This document shows positions 20,193-29,883 of a stretch of DNA of 64,000 bases, one piece after another. The notes below the pieces were generated by a model, which did no database searches, had not been told where the DNA came from, and saw nothing but the letters and a program-made list of their open reading frames with translations. The first letter of the stretch is position 1; each line of letters begins with the position of its first letter. Source of the stretch: an uncultured Prevotellaceae bacterium (GTDB lineage Bacteria; Bacteroidota; Bacteroidia; Bacteroidales; Bacteroidaceae); NCBI GenBank assembly GCA_902764705.1, contig CACWWZ010000001.1:48859-112858 (forward strand), given 5' to 3'. Made by a program: the position numbers and the translations under genes.

Positions 20193-21607
20193 GCGTCTTC
20201 GCTTTTAGCCTCTTTGGCTTTCAAAATCACGTTTTGCTTCAAGTCCTCGACAAACTGGCTGATTTTCTGCAGCTCGCGAGGAATGTGAATACTCTGTGGG
20301 CAGTGCGGTTCGCACTGTCCACAACTTATACAGTGGTCAGCCTGCCGCAGCTTGGGTACCGCACGGTCGTAGCCTATCAGATAGTTGCGGCGCAATTTGA
20401 AGTATTCGTCGTCCAACTTCATGCGCGGTAGCGTGCCGTCGTTCTTGCACTTGTTATAATGGATGAAGATGGCAGGAATGTCGATGCCGTAGGGGCAGGG
20501 CATGCAGTATTTGCAATCGTTGCAGGGAATGTTTTCGAGTCCAACGATACGCTCGGCCACCTCGCGCTGCAGATAGTCCTGTTCCTGCTTTGTGAGTGGA
20601 ACGAGCGGACAATAAGAGAGCAGGTTGTCCTTCAGATGCTCCATATAGGTCATACCGCTGAGCACGGTGAGCACGCCCTCGGGGGTTCCTGCATAGCGGA
20701 ATGCCCACGAGGCCACACTGCGCTCAGGAGCCTTGCTCTTCAAATCTGCTGCGAGATACTGTGGCAGGTTGGCCAGTCGGCCGCCCAACAGGGGTTCCAT
20801 GATGACGGCAGGAATGCCTTTCTTCTGGAGCTCGCCATACAAGTAGCTGGCATCGACGTTGCTTTTGTTGATTTCATTGGCATAATCCCAGTCCAGATAG
20901 TTCAGCTCAATCTGTATGAAGTCCCAATGATACTTGTCGTGCATGGCCAGCACCTCGTCGAATACCTGCGCATGGCCGTGGAACGAAAAGCCGAGGTTAC
21001 GGATGCGGCCCGCCTCGCGTTCCTTCATCAGAAAGTCCATCATACCGTTGTCCACGTAGCGGCTGTTGAACTCGTTCATTCCTCCGCCTATTGCGTGCAG
21101 CAGGTAGTAGTCGATGTAGTCGACCTGCAACTGCTTCATCGAGTTCTGGTACATCTCGATACTGGCCTCACGAGTCTGGGTGGCAGGGTTGAAGTTCGAC
21201 AACTTGGTGGCAATGAAATACTCCTCGCGCTTGTGGCGACTCAGCGCGATACCCGTGCAGGTCTCCGACTTGCCCTGACAATAAACAGGAGAAGTGTCAA
21301 AATAATTCACACCATGCTCGATGGCATAGTCCACCTGGCGGTTAATCATCTCCTGGTCGTAGTCGTCCTTATTCTCCGTCTTCGACGGCAGGCGCATCAT
21401 ACCATAACCAAGTAGCGACACCTTGTCCTGATTCATGGGATTGGTGCGATAAGTCATCTTACCCACGGGGGGCTCTACTTGTTGTTTGTATTCTTCGACG
21501 GCCTTGCTCTCCGTCTTCGACTTGCAGCCTGTCAGCACGGCAGCAGTGCCCAGCGCCCCTCCGCCCAACAGCTTCAGAAAATTTCTGCGCGTGATATTTT
21601 TTTTCAT
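20189..21607 (-). CDS. Aldo/keto reductase with two 4Fe-4S motifs and a Tat-lipoprotein signal
   Basis: True start 21607: MKKNITRRNFLK...VLTGC; catalytic D/Y/K/H (DTSPVY, ATKL, LLHA); CxxCxxCxxCP and CxxCxxCxxxCP at the C-terminus. Confidence 0.9.
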   Translation of the reverse strand: MKKNITRRNFLKLLGGGALGTAAVLTGCKSKTESKAVEEYKQQVEPPVGKMTYRTNPMNQDKVSLLGYGMMRLPSKTENKDDYDQEMINRQVDYAIEHGVNYFDTSPVYCQGKSETCTGIALSRHKREEYFIATKLSNFNPATQTREASIEMYQNSMKQLQVDYIDYYLLHAIGGGMNEFNSRYVDNGMMDFLMKEREAGRIRNLGFSFHGHAQVFDEVLAMHDKYHWDFIQIELNYLDWDYANEINKSNVDASYLYGELQKKGIPAVIMEPLLGGRLANLPQYLAADLKSKAPERSVASWAFRYAGTPEGVLTVLSGMTYMEHLKDNLLSYCPLVPLTKQEQDYLQREVAERIVGLENIPCNDCKYCMPCPYGIDIPAIFIHYNKCKNDGTLPRMKLDDEYFKLRRNYLIGYDRAVPKLRQADHCISCGQCEPHCPQSIHIPRELQKISQFVEDLKQNVILKAKEAKSEDA

Positions 21608-21613
21608 GATTCT

Positions 21614-21677
21614 TTTCGTTGTTTCGTTATTTCGATATTTTGTTATTTCGACATTTCGATGTTTCGATATAACGTTT
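21614..21677. repeat. 8-bp period micro-repeat (TTTCGTTA family)
   Basis: tttcgttg tttcgtta tttcgata ttttgtta tttcgaca tttcgatg tttcgata; fills the intergenic gap. Confidence 0.85.
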
Positions 21678-23186
21678 TCAGACTTCCTTATGCACCTCGT
21701 GGCCTTCAACATAGATGGCCGAGAAGGGACGTGCAGGACACAGATATTCGCAGGCGCCACAGCCAATGCAGCGGGCCTCGTTGACAGCGGGAACATAGGG
21801 TGACTCCTCGTCGTCAGGATTGCTGGGCACCATTTCGATGGCTCCCACCGGACAGTGACGGGCACAGTTGCCACACTCCACATCATCGGTCAGCACTATG
21901 CAGTTTTTCTTAATCCATACGGCATGGCCAATCTGCGTGGAGGCCTTGTCTTCAGGTTTGATGGGCTTGATGGCACCAGCGGGACAGACCTCTGAGCAGC
22001 GGTTACATTCCGGGCGGCAGTATCCGCGCTCATAGCTCATGACGGGTTGCATCAGGTGCAGCCAGTCGTCGGAAGGACGCAAGACCTGATTAGGACACTG
22101 AGAGATGCACAGTTGACAGCCCGTACAGTTATGAGCCATGTTCTGGGCCGACAGTGAGCCTGGAGGTGTCAGCGGTGTCTGGCGCTCGGGGGCTACCTTA
22201 TCGGCAATCTCAGCCAGTCCGCCGTCCATCATCTTGTCCTTCTGCTGGGCCAAGGCGGCTGTGGTGAGCAGGGCGCTGCTAATGAGGAATGCGCGGCGAC
22301 CGTCATTCTTAGTGTTGGTCTTACTAGTATTACTAGTCTCACTAGTCTGACTAGTTATACTAGTTCTACTAGTTTTTCTAGCATAGCTGAGCGCTCCGAA
22401 CTTGCAGCTTTCTATGCAGTTGCCACACACGACACAACGCGAGGCGTCGACGGTGTGTGTCTTGTAGTCGATACAGGCGGCCTTGCAGTTCTTCGAGCAG
22501 AGCGAGCAGTTTCGGCACTTGTCTGCGTCGAAGCGGATTTTCAGGAACGAGAAACGGCTAATCAGTGAGAGCAACGTACCCACGGGACAAATAGTATTAC
22601 ACCAGGTGCGTCCGTTGCGCCAGGCCAGTACGACAATCACGATGAGCATTACAAGGGCAATGACTAGTGAAGCCACTGAGCGCAACCAGATTTCTGAGTG
22701 GTAGAAAGCGTAGCTGTCGAAGTGCTCGGCAATGGTGGCTAGCACATTATTGCCTGCCTGATAGACGGGTTGCAACAGGTTGGTGGCGATCAGTCCGAAG
22801 GTAGAGTAGGGGGCCAGCAGCTGCACCAGTACGGCCACACCTGCCATGTGTGCAACGATGAGCACCACCAGCATGGGGTAGCGCAGCCACTTCATCTCCT
22901 TCGAGAAAGAGTAGCGGTTCTTCTTGGCTTTCTTGCCCAGCCATCCGAAGATATCCATCATGATACCCAGTGGGCAAATAACGCTACAATAGATGCGTCC
23001 GAAGATGAGTGTCAGTACGGTGAGCCCGACGACAATCAGGACGCTGCCTGCCAGCACAGCCTCCAGGAACTGTATCTTCGGCGTCCAACCCACCAGATGG
23101 TATGCCGTTCCCGTGAAGTCGAGGAACAACCACGTGATGCCGATAAACATCACAGTAGCCAGTGTAATTCTAATTTTTCTTAGCAT
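21678..23186 (-). CDS. Membrane polyferredoxin (NapH/MauN-like fused to NapG/MauM-like)
   Basis: About 4 TM helices with two CxxxCP motifs, two 4Fe-4S motifs, internal GRRAFL plus hydrophobic stretch, then four more 4Fe-4S motifs. Confidence 0.9.
   Translation of the reverse strand: MLRKIRITLATVMFIGITWLFLDFTGTAYHLVGWTPKIQFLEAVLAGSVLIVVGLTVLTLIFGRIYCSVICPLGIMMDIFGWLGKKAKKNRYSFSKEMKWLRYPMLVVLIVAHMAGVAVLVQLLAPYSTFGLIATNLLQPVYQAGNNVLATIAEHFDSYAFYHSEIWLRSVASLVIALVMLIVIVVLAWRNGRTWCNTICPVGTLLSLISRFSFLKIRFDADKCRNCSLCSKNCKAACIDYKTHTVDASRCVVCGNCIESCKFGALSYARKTSRTSITSQTSETSNTSKTNTKNDGRRAFLISSALLTTAALAQQKDKMMDGGLAEIADKVAPERQTPLTPPGSLSAQNMAHNCTGCQLCISQCPNQVLRPSDDWLHLMQPVMSYERGYCRPECNRCSEVCPAGAIKPIKPEDKASTQIGHAVWIKKNCIVLTDDVECGNCARHCPVGAIEMVPSNPDDEESPYVPAVNEARCIGCGACEYLCPARPFSAIYVEGHEVHKEV
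22321..22383. repeat. Seven in-frame 9-bp CTAG-containing repeats inside the polyferredoxin gene
   Basis: ttactagta ttactagtc tcactagtc tgactagtt atactagtt ctactagtt tttctagca; encodes ARKTSRTSITSQTSETSNTSK. Confidence 0.9.
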
Positions 23187-23218
23187 AAAGTATCTGTTTA
23201 GTTTTTATATCTCATTTC

Positions 23219-23947
23219 TCATTTCGTGCATCGCACGATTTGAATGCTCAGCTCATAAAGCAGATAGATGGGCAGCGACACCACGAAGAGTGTAAACACA
23301 TCGGTCGTCGGCGTGATGATAGCTGCTACGACGAGGATGGCCACAATGGCGTGTCGACGGTATTGGCTCATCATCTTGCTGGTAATCAGCCCCATGCGCC
23401 CTAGCAGTCCGCTTACGACGGGTAGTTCGAATACCACGCCCATGACCAGACTCATGCCCAACAAGGTGTCGACGTACGACTGCAATGTTAGCATGTTTGC
23501 CACATCGGGGCTCACCTGATAGGTTCCCAGAAAGCGCACCGTCAGGGGGAATACCACGAAGTAGTTCACCAATGTCCCCACGAGGAACATCATATACGCC
23601 GCTCCCACAATCCATACGGCATAATGCCGCTCGTTCTGGTAGAGCCCTGGCGACACGAAGCGGAACAGCTCATATAATATATAAGGTGACGCCACCAGCA
23701 GCCCTGCATACAAGGCTGTTCGCATGTGGATCATGAACTGCTCCGTCAGCCCCGTGTTCATCAGGTGCAGCGAGAAAGCGTCGACGCCCAGCAATCGGTA
23801 GGTCACGAAGTCGCTACTCCGCGGGGCCAGCACCACCCCAAACAGCTCTTCCTTCATCACGAAGGCCGCAATGCCAAAGACCACAACGGCTATCGCCATG
23901 CGTATCAGCGACGAGCGTAACACGTCCAGATGGTCCCAGAAGGTCAT
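23219..23947 (-). CDS. tatC: Twin-arginine translocase subunit TatC
   Basis: MTFWDHLDVLR, FVSPGLY, YRRHAIVAILVVAAIITP motifs. Confidence 0.95.
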   Translation of the reverse strand: MTFWDHLDVLRSSLIRMAIAVVVFGIAAFVMKEELFGVVLAPRSSDFVTYRLLGVDAFSLHLMNTGLTEQFMIHMRTALYAGLLVASPYILYELFRFVSPGLYQNERHYAVWIVGAAYMMFLVGTLVNYFVVFPLTVRFLGTYQVSPDVANMLTLQSYVDTLLGMSLVMGVVFELPVVSGLLGRMGLITSKMMSQYRRHAIVAILVVAAIITPTTDVFTLFVVSLPIYLLYELSIQIVRCTK

Positions 23948-23951
23948 CGGT

Positions 23952-24137
23952 TCATTCTTCACTCTTCACTTCCTCGTCGTCTTCTAAATCCTTCATGCCG
24001 TCCTTGAAGCTCTTGACGCCCTTGCCCAGACCTTTCATGAGCTCGGGAATCTTCTTGCCGCCGAACAGCAACAATACAATCAGGGCAATGACAAGGATTT
24101 CCTGCATGCCTAATCCAAACAAAAGTAAATTCATCAT
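23952..24137 (-). CDS. tatA: Twin-arginine translocase subunit TatA
   Basis: [38 protein letters not shown]. Confidence 0.95.
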   Translation of the reverse strand: MMNLLLFGLGMQEILVIALIVLLLFGGKKIPELMKGLGKGVKSFKDGMKDLEDDEEVKSEE

Positions 24138-24250
24138 TTTTATATTGTTTTTTGGTTATTTTGGGACAAAGATACGAAAAATCTCTAAACTATAAACACT
24201 AAACTCTAAACTTTTTATTATCTTTGCAGGCAAATAAACAACATTTAACT

Positions 24251-24709
24251 ATGGAATACGAATTTATTCTACGAATTTTTACTGCTGCCTTCTTAGGAGG
24301 ACTCATTGGCTTGGAGCGTGAGTGGCGCGCTAAGGAGGCTGGTCTGCGTACGCATTTTCTTGTAGCACTGGGCTCAGCGGTATTTATGATAGTTTCGGCC
24401 TATGGTTTCAGCGATGTCCATATGGACGGGATGACATCACGTTGGGATGTTAGCCGAGTGGCGGCTCAGGTGGTTAGCGGTATCGGTTTCATTGGTGCTG
24501 GTACCATTATTTTCCGCAAGGCCGAAAATATTGTCAGCGGATTGACAACTGCTGCTGGCCTATGGGTTACTGCAGCCATTGGCTTGGCCTGCGGCGGTGG
24601 CATGTATGTGTTGGCAACAGCCAGTACGGTGCTGGTACTGTTCGGTTTGGAAGCGTTTAACTTCTTACTGCACAAGATCGACAAAAAAAGAGATGAGAAG
24701 CATTCATAG
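24251..24709 (+). CDS. MgtC/SapB family membrane protein (short form)
   Basis: IGLERE, AGLRTH, RVAAQVVSGIGFIGAGTI, GLTTAA; no C-terminal ACT domain. Confidence 0.92.
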   Translation: MEYEFILRIFTAAFLGGLIGLEREWRAKEAGLRTHFLVALGSAVFMIVSAYGFSDVHMDGMTSRWDVSRVAAQVVSGIGFIGAGTIIFRKAENIVSGLTTAAGLWVTAAIGLACGGGMYVLATASTVLVLFGLEAFNFLLHKIDKKRDEKHS

Positions 24710-24734
24710 CCTCTCACCTCTTATCTATAATCTC

Positions 24735-25553
24735 TTATCTCTTATAACTCAGTGCAGCGCCTATGGCGGTGCAGAATTCTGCATGCTTGGGAATGTGGAA
24801 ATGCACGTTGTACATCTTCTCGAGCATGGGGTATATCTCCTTGCACTGGGGCAGGAGTGTCAGATTACCAATGAGCACGAAGTCCTTGATGCCCGAGTTG
24901 AGCGCAGCGAGAATAGACGCAGAGCCGATGGTTTGCAGTACCATAACGATGAGTCCCAGGGCCAAGTCCTCCTTAGGGGCATCGTACTGTGCCTTTGAGA
25001 ACAGCGACGCTGTGGCGTCCATGGGCAGGCCGGGTAGGGGATGAGTGGAGATGTCGCCAATCTGCAGGTTAATGTTTCGGATGTCGCCACGCATGGCCAG
25101 ACTCTGAATCTGCTTCGGGTCACGCGTGTTGAGCATGACACGGCTCAGACCCATCAATGTGCCTCCACCAACGCCAATACCACCTATATGGCGGATGTCG
25201 TCGCCGTCGCATTGCACGAAGCTCGTACCTGTGCCCATCGACACGACGATGGCTTTCGACAGGCCGCTTTCGAAACGTGCTCCCAGACCATCAGCCACAA
25301 ATTCGTCGACCTTACGGGTAGGAATGCCATAGAGCGACTCGTCGATATAGCCTGCCCCTACGCCTGTCAGCATGACCTGCTCGACGTCGTTCAGTTGCAC
25401 CTTATTGTCGTGCAGATACTTGCCAAAGGCACCATAGAGCGAGGTGACCTGGTCTGCTGCCGTGATGCGGATAGGTGATAGCACGCGCCCTTCGCGCAGT
25501 CCTACAATCTTCGTGGTCGATATGCCCACGTCAATTCCGATAATGATTCCCAT
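24735..25553 (-). CDS. coaW: Type II pantothenate kinase
   Basis: GIDVGISTTK, LTGVGA, VSMGTGTS, GGIGVGGGT, TASLFSK motifs. Confidence 0.8.
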   Translation of the reverse strand: MGIIIGIDVGISTTKIVGLREGRVLSPIRITAADQVTSLYGAFGKYLHDNKVQLNDVEQVMLTGVGAGYIDESLYGIPTRKVDEFVADGLGARFESGLSKAIVVSMGTGTSFVQCDGDDIRHIGGIGVGGGTLMGLSRVMLNTRDPKQIQSLAMRGDIRNINLQIGDISTHPLPGLPMDATASLFSKAQYDAPKEDLALGLIVMVLQTIGSASILAALNSGIKDFVLIGNLTLLPQCKEIYPMLEKMYNVHFHIPKHAEFCTAIGAALSYKR

Positions 25554-25592
25554 TGTTGTTATTTGGTTTTCGTTTGTTTATACTCTTTGTCG

Positions 25593-26675
25593 TTATTCTG
25601 CGTATTGTCGCAGTGTGCTTTCTTTCTGGAGTGTCATTTCGCCTTTCAACTCCTTGCCTTCGTCAGTACGAAGATAGTAGGAACCCTGTAACTTGCCGTT
25701 CTTCAGCAGTCGGAACTTGCATTTGATGGCGGGATAGGTGTTGTTCTCCTCAGCAGCACTGACCTCGTAGACATGCAGGAAACCGTCGTAAGCGTTGGCT
25801 GCAGCCTCGTAATCCGTAATACCATCGATATTGCAGTCGGTGATGCCACAGTAGGTTTCGTCGTCGTTGGTAATCTTAAAGGACAGTCTGGGCTTGCCAT
25901 CTTCGTTGCAGGTCCACGTGCCATTCAGCGCCTTCGTCAGTTTTTCCTCGGAGATCATATTCTCCTTCGAGAAATACTGTCCGTCCCAGGTGAAGATGTG
26001 GAAGGTGCCGTGAAAGTCCTTGTCGCGCTCGACGATACTGATGTCCTTTCCCTCGCGCGGCAGCTTATAGGTGGTCGTCATGCCTGCTGTCTGGCGGAAC
26101 CGGATAATAGCATTGTTTTCGGGTGTCAGCGTCTCGGTGGCGGGGTCGTAGTCGTAGGCACAGATAGCCTGCTGAGTCTTCTCGTCATCCTCTTTGTCGG
26201 AGCGGACAATATTGATGATGAAGAGCAGGTCGCCGTCCTTGCGTCCCCACACGGCAGCTGACATATTGTCGCCAGGGGCGTCGCCCTGCACCACTTCCGC
26301 ATAGCCGTTCTTGCGGTCCATCACGATAGCACCGCCTGTTTCCTCGTTCATCTTTTCGGTAAACTTCGAATCTTTGGCACAGTCGAGCAGGGCGTCGACA
26401 ACGTCCGTGGGCCACACCTTGTTAAAGGCTTTCAGCAGCGTGATTAATTCAGGCATCTTACCGCCATTCTCCACTGGAATTTCCTTATTGGCCCAGTCTA
26501 CCTCAATGTCTTCTGGAGACACCTTTGCAATCTGTAATATGACGGAGTCAGCACGCAGCGAGTCTGCCACCAGCGAATCTCTGTCGATCCCACCTTCTGT
26601 CTGTCCCTTTTTCTGGTTACACCCGGCTATCGCCAGCGCGCAAACCACTGCTAATATCATCTTCTTCATCAGCAT
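25593..26675 (-). CDS. Hypothetical lipoprotein
   Basis: Lipobox IAGC-NQ; TAACTTTG promoter just upstream. Confidence 0.75.
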   Translation of the reverse strand: MLMKKMILAVVCALAIAGCNQKKGQTEGGIDRDSLVADSLRADSVILQIAKVSPEDIEVDWANKEIPVENGGKMPELITLLKAFNKVWPTDVVDALLDCAKDSKFTEKMNEETGGAIVMDRKNGYAEVVQGDAPGDNMSAAVWGRKDGDLLFIINIVRSDKEDDEKTQQAICAYDYDPATETLTPENNAIIRFRQTAGMTTTYKLPREGKDISIVERDKDFHGTFHIFTWDGQYFSKENMISEEKLTKALNGTWTCNEDGKPRLSFKITNDDETYCGITDCNIDGITDYEAAANAYDGFLHVYEVSAAEENNTYPAIKCKFRLLKNGKLQGSYYLRTDEGKELKGEMTLQKESTLRQYAE

Positions 26676-26873
26676 TCGTTCGTTTATTATGCTGCAAAGT
26701 TACGAAGAAGCAATTGAAATACCAAATTTATTTAGATTTTTCTAAGCTAGAGTAACCTTGGCTTGGGTATCTGCTTCAATCATAGTTAAAAGTTTGTTAA
26801 TTTATTGTGCTCTCATGCAGTTTTTTCGTATTTTTGCACTTTAATTAGCAAAATTAAAAGCTAGGCTTATCAA

Positions 26874-29843
26874 ATGAGAAAGTATTTATTGGCATTTGCC
26901 TGTATGATGGCGGTGGTACAGCATGTTAGAGCTCAGGATTATTTTTCCTCTGCTTCTGATTTCGCTCGCTTATATGTGGGGGCGATGGAACCACAGTACC
27001 CTAAGTCGTTGTGGTTCGACATGCCTTACTATAAAGGCAATGCAGATTTGTATAAAGGCCGTATCAGCTATCATGGCGTGGTTTATGAGGATGTGCAACT
27101 GCGTTTCGATCAATTGAAACAATGTGTGATTGTGCTCCCTCCAGGAGAAAGAGTACTATGCCTGCCTGAGCAAGATTTCGTAGACTGGTTTGAGATGGAT
27201 GGTCGCAGATTCGTACGTGATCCTGAAGATAGTTTACGATATGCGTCTCTGCTCTGTGATGGAAGCTTTAATGGCATTCGTCTTTATCATTGTGAGTGGA
27301 AGTCGTTAGCTCCTGACAGACTTTCTGGAGGAAGAAAATATCTGAAGACGCTTTATTCTGAAGAGCATTATACGCTTGTTACTCCAGATGGAGAAATGTA
27401 TCATGTGAAGCGTGCGTCGGATGTGGCAAAACTCTTTCCAGGACAGAAAAAGCAGATCAGGCAGTTTGCAAAGCAGAACCGGCTATCCTTCTCAAGGCGT
27501 GAACGCGAGAAGAGTCTTGTGGCATTAACCCAAAGCATTGCTGGAGCTCCAATATTCAATCAGGGATACGGGGATGTGGTGGTACGTGAACGGGAGTTTA
27601 CTCCAGCAACAGACCTTTCCCGTGCCGCCGTGGTTTTGCAGCCACACACAATCGACGAATCAACGCTTGTTGCCGGCATTCCTGTGCTTGACAATGATTC
27701 TGTTGCGTCGTCAGTCGGCTCTAAAAATACGAAGGTATATATCGTTCCTGGGGTGAAAAAAGCTAAGGCAAGCATTGCCGACGATCAGGAACTTGCCGAG
27801 ATAGTCGTTGTCGGCGGTCGTCAGTCGGCAGTGAAAAACATGATGATGGGGTCTGAGAAATTCAAACCCCAGATACTGAAGAATATTCCGTCAGCCTTTG
27901 GCGAGTCGGATATTATGAAAATCGTGCTGACGCTGCCTGGTGTCACCACCGTTGGAGAAGCTTCCAGCGGGTATAATGTGCGAGGAGGAGCCACAGACCA
28001 GAACCTCATACTCTTCAATGGAGGTACGGTGTATAACCCGTCGCATCTGTTCGGACTGTTCACGTCGTTCAATTCAGATGCCGTTGAGGATGTTGAGTTG
28101 TTCAAATCGAGCATTCCTGTGGAATATGGTGGTAGAATCAGCAGTGTGCTGAAAGTGGTCTCGAAGGAGGCAAATATGCAGAAACTGACCGGCTCGGCAA
28201 GTATTGGTGTGCTTACCAGCAAGGCGAATGTTGAGATACCCATTGTTAAGAATCATGTGTCATTGTTGTTGAATGGTCGTACGACCTATAGTGACTGGAT
28301 TCTGAAGCATTTACCTGAAAAGAGCGGCTATAAGAACGGTACGGCAAATTTCTATGATGTTGGTGGCGTACTGACATGGAAGCTAAATAATATGCATCGT
28401 CTTAAGGTCTTTGGATACTGGAGTAATGACAAGTTTTCGTTCAGCTCACAGGATAATTATGGCTATCAGAACCGTAACATCTCAGCAGAGTGGCGCTCTA
28501 TCTTGAATGAAAAGGTGACGGCTACGGTGTCTGCCGGACTCGACCACTACGACTATTTCAATGAGGACAGAAACACACCTTCTATGGCTGCCCGACTGAG
28601 TTTCGGCATTGACCAGCTGTGGGGTAAGTTGAATATTCGTCAGCGTCTGACGGAAAAGGAGGTTCTCTCTTACGGTCTCTCCATGCAGCATTACAATGTG
28701 CAGGCAGGCAGGTATGAGCCTGTGGGCGAGAGATCATTTATCAAGACTGACGAGTTGCAGCGAGAAAAGGCATTGGAGAGCGCAATGTTTATTGACTATG
28801 AGCGTTCGCTCACAGACAAACTGTCGGTTTCTGCCGGTTTGCGCTATTCTATGTTCAATGCGCTTGGTCCTCGTGACGTGAATTATTATTATGACGGGGA
28901 ACTTCCGTCAGAGGAGGCACTATTGGAAACGCGTCATGAAACGGGGATAATCAAGACCTATCATGCACCAGAGGTGCGTCTGTCGGCCTGCTATGCCCTA
29001 CAGGAGAACCTTTCATTGAAGGCCGGATTTAACACAATGCACCAGTATATCCATAAAGTGTCGAACACGTCTATCATGTCGCCTACTGATATTTGGAAAC
29101 TGTCCGACGTGAATATCAAGCCTCAGAGCGGCTGGCAGGTGGCTGCAGGTATCTATCATGAGACTACAGACAAGAAGTACGAGTTCTCCGCAGAGGTTTA
29201 CTATAAGCATATCAGCGATTATCTCAACTATCGCAGTTCTGCGGTTCTGTTGATGAATCCCCACCTTGAGACCGACGTGATTTCGACCAAGGGACAAGCA
29301 TACGGTTTAGAACTTCAGGCGAAGAAACCTTTCGGGAAATTGAACGGATGGGTCAGTTATACCTTCTCGCGCTCTTTGCTCCGACAGGATGACAAGAGGG
29401 TGGCTATGCCCTTAAACGATGGTGAGTGGTATCCAGCAGAATATGACAGACCTCATGAGGTGAAGGCTGTGCTCAACTACAAGTTTACCGAGAGATATAG
29501 CTTCTCAAGTAACTTCAACTATGCTACAGGTCGTCCGACCACCGTACCTGCCGGCCAGTATTACGACTCGTATCATCAGAAATACATGCCGTACTATACA
29601 GATCGCAACACATACCGTATTCCAGACTACATGCGATTGGATCTTGCGTTTAATATTGAACCGACCCATAAACTGACGAGCTTCCTGCACACGTCGTTCT
29701 CTATTGGTGTCTATAATGCCCTTGCACGTAAAAATGCCTATTCCGTCTATTATGTCACTGAATATGGGAGGGTGAAAGGATATAAGTTATCAGTGTTTGG
29801 TACTGCCATTCCTTATGTCTCGCTTAATATACGGTTCAACTAG
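26874..29843 (+). CDS. TonB-dependent receptor with an extra N-terminal domain of about 220 aa
   Basis: Plug motifs LPGVTTVGEASSGYNVRGG..DQN and YGGRISSVL; barrel ending YVSLNIRFN. Confidence 0.9.
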   Translation: MRKYLLAFACMMAVVQHVRAQDYFSSASDFARLYVGAMEPQYPKSLWFDMPYYKGNADLYKGRISYHGVVYEDVQLRFDQLKQCVIVLPPGERVLCLPEQDFVDWFEMDGRRFVRDPEDSLRYASLLCDGSFNGIRLYHCEWKSLAPDRLSGGRKYLKTLYSEEHYTLVTPDGEMYHVKRASDVAKLFPGQKKQIRQFAKQNRLSFSRREREKSLVALTQSIAGAPIFNQGYGDVVVREREFTPATDLSRAAVVLQPHTIDESTLVAGIPVLDNDSVASSVGSKNTKVYIVPGVKKAKASIADDQELAEIVVVGGRQSAVKNMMMGSEKFKPQILKNIPSAFGESDIMKIVLTLPGVTTVGEASSGYNVRGGATDQNLILFNGGTVYNPSHLFGLFTSFNSDAVEDVELFKSSIPVEYGGRISSVLKVVSKEANMQKLTGSASIGVLTSKANVEIPIVKNHVSLLLNGRTTYSDWILKHLPEKSGYKNGTANFYDVGGVLTWKLNNMHRLKVFGYWSNDKFSFSSQDNYGYQNRNISAEWRSILNEKVTATVSAGLDHYDYFNEDRNTPSMAARLSFGIDQLWGKLNIRQRLTEKEVLSYGLSMQHYNVQAGRYEPVGERSFIKTDELQREKALESAMFIDYERSLTDKLSVSAGLRYSMFNALGPRDVNYYYDGELPSEEALLETRHETGIIKTYHAPEVRLSACYALQENLSLKAGFNTMHQYIHKVSNTSIMSPTDIWKLSDVNIKPQSGWQVAAGIYHETTDKKYEFSAEVYYKHISDYLNYRSSAVLLMNPHLETDVISTKGQAYGLELQAKKPFGKLNGWVSYTFSRSLLRQDDKRVAMPLNDGEWYPAEYDRPHEVKAVLNYKFTERYSFSSNFNYATGRPTTVPAGQYYDSYHQKYMPYYTDRNTYRIPDYMRLDLAFNIEPTHKLTSFLHTSFSIGVYNALARKNAYSVYYVTEYGRVKGYKLSVFGTAIPYVSLNIRFN

Positions 29844-29883
29844 GAATAATTTAAAAATGTAATAATGTAAAAATGTAAAAATT

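Noticed and set aside
21608-21886. N-terminal extension of the AKR, suggesting a frameshift fusion with the polyferredoxin
   Set aside because: The Tat signal starts at ATG 21607, the upstream gene ends normally, and no slippery site was identified
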